This document shows, piece after piece, positions 55,150-62,057 of a stretch of 62,057 nucleotides of DNA (position 1 is its first letter; every line of letters starts with the position of its first letter). The stretch spans positions 1 to 62,057 of the IMG/VR virus record IMGVR_UViG_3300032267_000290. One strand, 5' to 3'. A program made the position numbers and the translations under genes. A model generated the notes under the pieces. It was not told where the DNA came from and did no database searches. It saw only the letters and a program-made list of their open reading frames with translations. Source of the DNA: a virus (Duplodnaviria; Caudoviricetes).

Positions 55150-58100
55150 ATGCCACGTTTATCTAAAATTGGTGCAGCAGCCCTAGCAGCCTTTGGATGG
55201 ACAACGGGTGCGGCTGCCGTTACTGCAAGTTACCTTCAAGTAGCAGGAGGGGGCGGTAGTTCTTTTGGTGGCGGCGGGGCAGGTGGTTACTTAGCAGGCG
55301 CAATATCGCTTAATCTAACTCTTTCATACACAGTTACCGTTGGTGCTGGTGGCGCACAAGCTATAAGCACGGCAGCAGGAACAAACGGTGGAAATTCATC
55401 TATAACTGGCTTAACAGCTTCTGTTGGTGGTGGCGGTGGTGGCGCACTGCCTGGCAATGGTGTTTTGGGTGGATCGGGAGGTGGTGGTGTAGGATCTGGA
55501 ACGTCAGGCGGCGCAGCTACATCAGGTCAAGGTAACGCAGGTGGCGCTGGAACTGCAGCAACATTTAATGCTGGTGGTGGTGGAGGTGGATCTGGTGGTG
55601 TTGGTGGTAATTCATCAGGTGGAACAACTGGTGGTAACGCAGGTATTGGCACAGCATCTTCCATTTCAGGCACATCCGTAACATACGCAGGTGGTGGATC
55701 TGGCGCATCTACAAACGGGGGCGGTCAAGGTTCAACAACGGCAGGTGGTGGGTCTGCAGCCAATTTAGGTGGTGGCGGCAACTGCGATGGTGCAGCATTT
55801 AGTAACGGTGGTTCAGGCGTAGTCATCATCTCCTATGTAGGCGCACAACAATTCGGTGGCGGTATTGTCACATCTAGTGGCGGTTATACCATTCACACAT
55901 TCAATACATCTGGAACTCTTTCCCCATTGTCTTCATTGACAGCAAACTATTTAATTGTAGCTGGTGGCGGTTCAGGTGCTGACTATGGTGGTGGTGGAGC
56001 TGGTGGTCTGCGTTCTACAGTTACAAATACTGGTGGGGGCGGTAGCTTAGAATCTGCATTAACAATTGACACCAACTCAACATATTTAGTAACAGTAGGT
56101 GCTGGTGGAACGGGTGGTAGTGTTGGAACAAACGGATCTAATTCAACATTTTTATCTATTTCGTCAACTGGCGGTGGGCGTGGTGCAAACAACACTACTC
56201 CTACGGTAAATGGTTCTAGCGGAGGTTCTGGTGGTGGTGGTAGATGGACAGGCGGTACGGGAGGTGCTGGTACTACAAACCAAGGCTTTGCTGGAGGAAA
56301 CGGTGGTGCAGTTTCGGGTAGCTACCCTGCTGGTGGTGGTGGTGGAGCAGGTGCGGTTGGTGGAAATGGTACATCAGGCGGCAATGGAGGAGCTGGCGGT
56401 GCTGGTGTTGCATCATCCATCTCAGGTTCTTCTGTAACTTATGCTGGTGGTGGTGGAGGTGGTTGCGCTCCCGACCCTAGTAGTGGGGTTGGAGGTGCTG
56501 GTGGTTCAGGTGGGGGTGGTACTGGTGGTACAAGCGGAAGTGGACAAACGGCAGGAAGTACAAACACAGGTAGTGGTGGTGGTGGCGCTGGGTATAGTGG
56601 TTCTTCTGGAGGAGCAGGTGGCTCAGGTGTAGTAATCATCTCTTACGCTGGTGCTACTCAGCTTATGGCTGGCGGTACAGTTACTGTAGCTGGCGGTAAT
56701 GTAATCCACACATTCACATCAAGCGGATACCTTGCCCCAATATATAGTGCAAACAACTCCCTACGCTTTCGTAAATCTGCTAATGGTTATTTAAGCAGGA
56801 CAATGAATGCAAGCTCAACAACATACACAGTATCTGCTTGGGTTAAGCGAGGTCTTTTGAGTGGATACCAGTATATTTTTGCAAGCGGTCCAAATTCAGC
56901 TTCAAATGATAAAGGCATAGCATTTGATACCTCAACCAATCAAATTTATGCTTGGAATGGTAGCAGTCAAGCATTATCAACTGCGGTTTTTCGTGACCCA
57001 GCCGCTTGGTATCATGTTGTAATGTCTGTGAATTCGGGAACAGCATCTGTTTATGTAAATAATGTAAACACAGGTATTTCTCAGTCAAGTATGTCTTTGG
57101 GTACATATGGTCGGATTGGTAGATTCAATGATTCAAGCTCTGCCAATGATTTTGACGGCTACATGGCTGAATTTAACCTCATTGATGGTCAAGCCCTAAC
57201 ACCAAACAGCTTCGGTACATTTAACGGACTTGGTGTCTGGCAACCTATCCGCTACGGTGGCTCATATGGTACAAACGGATTCTACTTGCCGTTTCCAAAT
57301 GACACTACAGGCGCATCTTTATCTGCTAATTATTTAGTAGTCGCTGGAGGTGGTGGAGGTGGAAGAGATGCGGCTTCTGGTGCAAATAACGCTGGTGGAG
57401 GTGGTGGTGCAGGTGGTTATTTAGCTTCTACAACTTCTTTATCTGCAACACAGTCTTACATTATTACAGTGGGTGCTGGAGGCGCTGGAGGTGGAGCAAA
57501 TTCTAGCGGTTCTTCTGGTAGCAACTCTGTATTTAACGCACTTACATCTATTGGTGGAGGCGGTGGCGCTCGTAATACTGCTGGTTTATCTGGTGGTAGT
57601 GGAGGCGGTGGTGCGGCTAGTTCTAATGCTGGTGGTGCTGGAACATCTGGGCAAGGTAACAATGGTGGTAGTGCTAATGGCTTCCCATCAGGCGGTGGCG
57701 GAGGTGCTGGTGCAGTAGGTAATAGTGGTAGTGGCACTAACTCAGGTGGCGCTGGCTTATCCTCAAGCATTTCAGGCTCTTCAGTAACTTATGCTGGTGG
57801 TGGCGGTGGCGCACAATATAACGGTGCGGCAGGAGCTGGAGGCGCAGGAGGTGGTGGTGCTGGTAGTGTTAATGCTGGCAACGCTACTTCTGGTACTGCT
57901 AATACTGGTGGCGGAGGCGGTGGTGTAGGCTCTGACGCAAGTGGCGTAACTGGAAGTTCTGGTTCGGGTGGCTCAGGTATTGTTATTGTTTCTTACGCTG
58001 GTGGTCCACGATACACAGGCGGAACAATTACATCTTCTGGCGGTAATACAATCCATACATTTACATCGTCTGGCGTATTAACAAGCGTATTTAACGACTT

Positions 58101-59784
58101 TAGCCCTAACGGTAATAACTGGACTGGCAATAATATTAATGTGTCAACACTAGACTCTACTTATGACAGCATGACCGATGTACCTACGCTGACAAGTGCT
58201 ACTGCGGCTAATTATGCGGTTTTAAACCCTTTAAGCAATAGCTATACAGGAACAACTGTTCTTTCAATTACTGACGGAAATTTAAATTTTTCTGATTCAA
58301 GTAGTAGCAATAGAGTTGCTATTGGTTCTATGACTTCGCCAACTGGAAAGTGGTATTTTGAAATGACATCATCTTCTACAGGCACTTATGCCGTAGGTTT
58401 GATGGATAAAATTTCTAATGCTGGTTCTTTTTATAGAAACAACGGAGCTTACTCATCATCATTTGGCGGTGGTGGAACTTTTGGCTATTCATCTTGGACT
58501 ACTGGCGATGTAATTGGTGTTGCTTGGGATGCTGATGCTGGAAAACTTTGGTTTGCTAAAAACAATACTTGGCAATCAGGTAGTCCCTCTGCTGGAACAA
58601 GCCCAACAAATACATTTACTGCTGGATTATCTTTATTTGCGGATATATATACAGACAATTCTGCTGGCACAAAGTCAGGTTCGTTTAACTTTGGTCAAAG
58701 ACCATTCGTCTACACCCCACCAACAGGCTTTAATAGACTAAACACATTTAACTTACCTACTCCTACGATTGGTGCTACTGCGGCTACAACAGCGAATAAG
58801 TATTTCAATGCTGTAACTTATACTGGTGCAGGTGCGGGAACAGTAATTACAAGTGGCTTTTACCCTGATTTTGCTTGGATGAAAAACAGGACTGCGGCAT
58901 TTAGTAATTTTGTGCAAGATTCGGTTCGTGGTGGTAGCTTGTATTTGCTTACAAATACTACTGACGCTGATGCAACAATTTCACCATCTTCTACATTTAG
59001 TAGCACAGGCATAACCATAAATGGACTTAGTTCTTACGCTTCTAATTCATCGTATAACTATGTTTTATGGGCATGGAAAGCAAACGCAGGAACTAATGTA
59101 TCCAACACAGCAGGTTCTATTACATCTACAGTAAGTGCTAATACAACTGCTGGATTTAGTGTTGTTACTTATACAGGCACAGGAGCAAATGCCACAGTAG
59201 GTCATGGCTTAGGTGTAGCACCTAGTATGGTAATTCTGAAAGCAAGAAATGCTACGGAAGATTGGATTGTATATCACTCAAGTATTGGTGCAACAAATTA
59301 TCTTCAATTAAATCTTACTTCAGCAGCAAGTTCTGGGTCAGGAACTTGGAATAGTACTGCTCCAACTAGTTCAGTTTTTTCTCTTGGTAATGCTGGTAAT
59401 ACAAATGGGTCAGGATTTACTTTTGTAGCCTACTGCTTTGCACCTATCGCTGGCTACTCTGCATTTGGTAGCTATACATCTAATAATTCTACTGATGGTC
59501 CATTTATTTACACAGGGTTTAGACCTAGGTATGTGCTGATAAAAGCATATTCAAATGCTGGAGAAAGCTGGAATATATTTGATTCTGCTAGAGGTTCGTA
59601 TAATGTAAATACGGCAGTTTTGTTTGCGGATGCTTCTAGCGCAGAGGCGACAAACAGTTCAATAGATTTTTTATCTAACGGCTTCAAATTGCGGTCGGCT
59701 ACTGGCGGTGTTAATTACAGTAGTTATTCATACATCTACATGGCATTTGCCGAAAACCCCTTTAAATATAGTAATGCCAGATGA
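55150..59784 (+). CDS. Large Gly-rich tail fibre/receptor-binding protein with LamG- and SPRY-like domains
   Basis: Three Gly-rich modules; NSLRF..RDPAAWYHVV (LamG); GKWYFE..GDVIGVA.D (SPRY). Confidence 0.8.
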   Translation: MPRLSKIGAAALAAFGWTTGAAAVTASYLQVAGGGGSSFGGGGAGGYLAGAISLNLTLSYTVTVGAGGAQAISTAAGTNGGNSSITGLTASVGGGGGGALPGNGVLGGSGGGGVGSGTSGGAATSGQGNAGGAGTAATFNAGGGGGGSGGVGGNSSGGTTGGNAGIGTASSISGTSVTYAGGGSGASTNGGGQGSTTAGGGSAANLGGGGNCDGAAFSNGGSGVVIISYVGAQQFGGGIVTSSGGYTIHTFNTSGTLSPLSSLTANYLIVAGGGSGADYGGGGAGGLRSTVTNTGGGGSLESALTIDTNSTYLVTVGAGGTGGSVGTNGSNSTFLSISSTGGGRGANNTTPTVNGSSGGSGGGGRWTGGTGGAGTTNQGFAGGNGGAVSGSYPAGGGGGAGAVGGNGTSGGNGGAGGAGVASSISGSSVTYAGGGGGGCAPDPSSGVGGAGGSGGGGTGGTSGSGQTAGSTNTGSGGGGAGYSGSSGGAGGSGVVIISYAGATQLMAGGTVTVAGGNVIHTFTSSGYLAPIYSANNSLRFRKSANGYLSRTMNASSTTYTVSAWVKRGLLSGYQYIFASGPNSASNDKGIAFDTSTNQIYAWNGSSQALSTAVFRDPAAWYHVVMSVNSGTASVYVNNVNTGISQSSMSLGTYGRIGRFNDSSSANDFDGYMAEFNLIDGQALTPNSFGTFNGLGVWQPIRYGGSYGTNGFYLPFPNDTTGASLSANYLVVAGGGGGGRDAASGANNAGGGGGAGGYLASTTSLSATQSYIITVGAGGAGGGANSSGSSGSNSVFNALTSIGGGGGARNTAGLSGGSGGGGAASSNAGGAGTSGQGNNGGSANGFPSGGGGGAGAVGNSGSGTNSGGAGLSSSISGSSVTYAGGGGGAQYNGAAGAGGAGGGGAGSVNAGNATSGTANTGGGGGGVGSDASGVTGSSGSGGSGIVIVSYAGGPRYTGGTITSSGGNTIHTFTSSGVLTSVFNDFSPNGNNWTGNNINVSTLDSTYDSMTDVPTLTSATAANYAVLNPLSNSYTGTTVLSITDGNLNFSDSSSSNRVAIGSMTSPTGKWYFEMTSSSTGTYAVGLMDKISNAGSFYRNNGAYSSSFGGGGTFGYSSWTTGDVIGVAWDADAGKLWFAKNNTWQSGSPSAGTSPTNTFTAGLSLFADIYTDNSAGTKSGSFNFGQRPFVYTPPTGFNRLNTFNLPTPTIGATAATTANKYFNAVTYTGAGAGTVITSGFYPDFAWMKNRTAAFSNFVQDSVRGGSLYLLTNTTDADATISPSSTFSSTGITINGLSSYASNSSYNYVLWAWKANAGTNVSNTAGSITSTVSANTTAGFSVVTYTGTGANATVGHGLGVAPSMVILKARNATEDWIVYHSSIGATNYLQLNLTSAASSGSGTWNSTAPTSSVFSLGNAGNTNGSGFTFVAYCFAPIAGYSAFGSYTSNNSTDGPFIYTGFRPRYVLIKAYSNAGESWNIFDSARGSYNVNTAVLFADASSAEATNSSIDFLSNGFKLRSATGGVNYSSYSYIYMAFAENPFKYSNAR

Positions 59785-60248
59785 GAATTCGTAAACCACG
59801 CATAGATTTGATTGGTTTTGAGAATGACTACGGAATAGTAGTTAGGACAGACTCGCCAAGTAAATGGGTTATTCAATGCAAGTCTTGCGGTCAAGAACAT
59901 GAACAAGACTCCAGACAAATACAAAATAACAGTAATCCAAGGTCGTGCCAAAATTTTGAGCCATATAACAAATTATTTCAAGATAGGCGTGACGGCATTA
60001 TTCGCAGACAATACGGCATTACATTGCAAGAATATTATGATATGTTAGAACAACAGGATTATAAATGCGCTATCTGTGGCAATGAAGATGAGGTTGAAGG
60101 CAGAAAATTAGCTATTGACCATTGCCATACAAGTGGGGCAGTTCGTGGGTTACTGTGCGGAAAATGTAACCGTGGATTAGGATTATTTTATGACAATCAA
60201 GACTTGCTTGAAAAAGCAAAACAATACTTAAACGCTAACGCACGATAG
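59781..60248 (+). CDS. Endonuclease VII-family (homing-type) endonuclease
   Basis: YGIT...Y..M...Q...CAIC...LAIDHCH..G.VRGLLC..CN.GLG. Confidence 0.88.
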   Translation: MRIRKPRIDLIGFENDYGIVVRTDSPSKWVIQCKSCGQEHEQDSRQIQNNSNPRSCQNFEPYNKLFQDRRDGIIRRQYGITLQEYYDMLEQQDYKCAICGNEDEVEGRKLAIDHCHTSGAVRGLLCGKCNRGLGLFYDNQDLLEKAKQYLNANAR

Positions 60249-60260
60249 GAGCAATAAAAT

Positions 60261-60605
60261 ATGGCACACTTTGCAAAAGTCGAAAACGGTTTAGTAACTC
60301 AGGTTATCGTTGCCGAGCCAGACTTCATTTCAACAGGCGCACTGGGAGACCCAGCATCTTGGGTACAGACTTCTTATAACACCCATGCCAACCAGCACCC
60401 AGAAGGAAGACCGCTGCGTGGTAACTACGCTGGTATAGGTTATACATACGACAAACTTAATGATGTGTTTATTGCACCCCAGCCATTCCCAAGCTGGATT
60501 CTTAATATTGGCACATGGACATGGGAAGCCCCAGTACCGTATCCAAACGATAACAAACGCTATTCGTGGCAAGAGGTAACAGTATCTTGGGTAGAAACCG
60601 AATGA
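60261..60605 (+). CDS. Tail-fibre-associated protein
   Basis: MAHFAK...WVQTSYN...R.NYAGIGYTYD...FI.PQPFPSW. Confidence 0.7.
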   Translation: MAHFAKVENGLVTQVIVAEPDFISTGALGDPASWVQTSYNTHANQHPEGRPLRGNYAGIGYTYDKLNDVFIAPQPFPSWILNIGTWTWEAPVPYPNDNKRYSWQEVTVSWVETE

Positions 60606-60811
60606 AAGCAACTTACGAAGCTCAAATAGTTGATGGTTTAGTACAACCTAAACATGAAGTAGAAGTGGTTTGTGCTGCGTGTGGGTATGACTTAGATGCG
60701 TCTGAGTTAGAGGCAGATACTTGTGCCGATTGCAGTGCGCCCTTGAACTTAAAACAACATATTTCTATCCATGCAACTTCAGTCCCTGCCGCTGGCGGAG
60801 AGGTATTTTAA
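60602..60811 (+). CDS. Small Zn-ribbon protein
   Basis: CAAC...CADC; ATGA-coupled. Confidence 0.6.
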   Translation: MKATYEAQIVDGLVQPKHEVEVVCAACGYDLDASELEADTCADCSAPLNLKQHISIHATSVPAAGGEVF

Positions 60812-60819
60812 ATTGAGTT

Positions 60820-61272
60820 ATGACGGACGAACTCGGACTATCGGCTGGAGCCAAAGGTATCAGCGAAGGGATTAAGACTGGCAGGGAAGCTGGTCGTGAG
60901 ATCGGCAAGAACATTGAAGAGATACAGAAAGAAGCGGTAGATGTTGCAAGGCAGCAAACTCAAGCAAAGATTCGTGAGCGTAGAGAAGCAGAGTTTAGGA
61001 AGGAACGGGCAATATTTAAAGCCCTTGATGAGTACCGACACCGTAAGCAAATATCGGAAGAGGAGTACAAGTTAAGGGTGGAGTTTATAAAGAAGTACGG
61101 TACTAAAGAGTGGGACAAAGTAATTCAGATTAAGAATGAGATTGAGAAGATAGAAAAAGCAGACAAAGAGTACTTTGATGCTGAGTTGTCAAAGGTTAGA
61201 TGGGTGCAGTTCTGGTGCTTTTTGGCAGCGGGCTGGATTGCTTATTACATAGTATGGGGTGGTAAACAATGA
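60820..61272 (+). CDS. Coiled-coil membrane protein (lysis module)
   Basis: C-terminal TM helix; precedes holin and lysozyme. Confidence 0.55.
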   Translation: MTDELGLSAGAKGISEGIKTGREAGREIGKNIEEIQKEAVDVARQQTQAKIRERREAEFRKERAIFKALDEYRHRKQISEEEYKLRVEFIKKYGTKEWDKVIQIKNEIEKIEKADKEYFDAELSKVRWVQFWCFLAAGWIAYYIVWGGKQ

Positions 61273-61751
61273 TTACTTTATTTACAACATTAATATCGTT
61301 CCTATCGGGTGGACTACCTAGCCTATTAGGGTTTTTTCAAGACAAGTCCGACAAAAAGCACGAGATGGAAATGGCTCGTTTGCAAACCGAACGGGAACTC
61401 CAGATGGCAGAGCGTGGTTTTCAAGCCCAAGCCCATGTAGAAGAGATTAAGACTCAACAGATTGAGATGCAGACCCAAGCCCAAGAAAGAGCGTCTTTGT
61501 ATGCTCATGACATTGAGATTGGCAAAGGTGCATCCCAGTGGGTTACAAATTCACGGGCAATGGTAAGACCAGCTATTACCTACGGGATGTTCTTGATGTT
61601 CATGTTCGTAGAACTGTTTGGGTTCTGGTTTGCGTTCCATCGGGAAGTGCCATTTGACGTAGCCCTAAACCTCCTATGGGATGATGAAACCCAGATTATC
61701 TGGGCAAGTATTGTTTCTTTTTGGTTTGGGACTCAGGCATTTAAGAAGTAA
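61269..61751 (+). CDS. Holin-like protein
   Basis: TM segments; VRP.ITY and IVSFWFG motifs; directly before endolysin. Confidence 0.65.
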   Translation: MITLFTTLISFLSGGLPSLLGFFQDKSDKKHEMEMARLQTERELQMAERGFQAQAHVEEIKTQQIEMQTQAQERASLYAHDIEIGKGASQWVTNSRAMVRPAITYGMFLMFMFVELFGFWFAFHREVPFDVALNLLWDDETQIIWASIVSFWFGTQAFKK

Positions 61752-61775
61752 TGTGTATAAAAAACTCAAAAAATT

Positions 61776-62057
61776 ATGCACGTTAGCAAAAAATGTATAG
61801 AAATGATTAAGCACCACGAAGGCGTTCGTCAGCGTCCATATCGGTGTCCCGCAAAATTGTGGACGATTGGTGTGGGTCATGTACTCTACCCACGGCAGGG
61901 TGCGTTAAAAATAGACGAACGGGATGCCTATCCACTGGAATATAAGGATGACCGTACCTTTTCTATGGAGGAAGTAGATGACATTCTTAGAGACGATCTT
62001 AATCGCTTTGAGCGAGGTGTTGAACGCTTCTGTCCTGTCAAGCTCACTCAAGGTCAA
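61776..62057 (+). CDS. Endolysin, GH24 phage lysozyme, N-terminal part (continues across the junction to 347; ~158 aa total)
   Basis: MHVSKKCIEMIKHHEGVRQRPYRCPAKLWTIGVGH carries the E-x8-C-x5-T catalytic pattern; in frame with MEEVDD at 61965. Confidence 0.9.
   Translation, partial: MHVSKKCIEMIKHHEGVRQRPYRCPAKLWTIGVGHVLYPRQGALKIDERDAYPLEYKDDRTFSMEEVDDILRDDLNRFERGVERFCPVKLTQGQ
61906..62057. repeat. Terminal overlap with 1..152
   Basis: Direct sequence comparison of the two ends. Confidence 0.95.

Noticed and set aside
53290-58741. Pro-rich antisense and Val/Leu-rich alternate-frame ORFs
   Set aside because: Shadows of Gly/Thr codon repeats in tail genes
55150-59784. Diversity-generating retroelement target
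   Set aside because: No reverse transcriptase and no adenine-specific TR/VR pair seen

Overview
The window appears to be a complete, circularly permuted ~61.9 kb tailed-phage genome. A 152 bp terminal overlap splits the GH24 endolysin. The architecture is podovirus-like: no tape measure, large internal virion proteins, Mu-gpT-family major capsid protein, GroES beside the portal. A freshwater betaproteobacterial host is a guess from gene style only. Rightward late module: 33.6 kb through the end and 1 to 17.85 kb (TerS, LexA-like HTH, TerL, portal, scaffold, MCP, basic core-like proteins, tail fibres, lysis, ejection proteins including a 3127-aa polyvalent protein). Two leftward operons: 17.8-23.6 kb (recombination, methylase) and 26.7-32.8 kb (MoxR/CobT/vWA, SprT, small ORFs). 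They flank a rightward RusA, HNH and primase-helicase block. No DNA polymerase, integrase, tRNA or CRISPR was seen. Best candidate for a new system: a ~98-nt sigma70-type sRNA (24084 to 23987, minus strand) whose hairpin loop UUAAGCCCCCU is complementary to a conserved GG(G/A)GGCUUA-like ribosome-binding motif ahead of about 10 early/replication genes. Also notable: at least 39 copies of the palindrome GTTTAAAC, a lone canonical parS site with no parAB, a pseudoknotted RNA in the capsid operon and an orphan RelB-like micro-gene.
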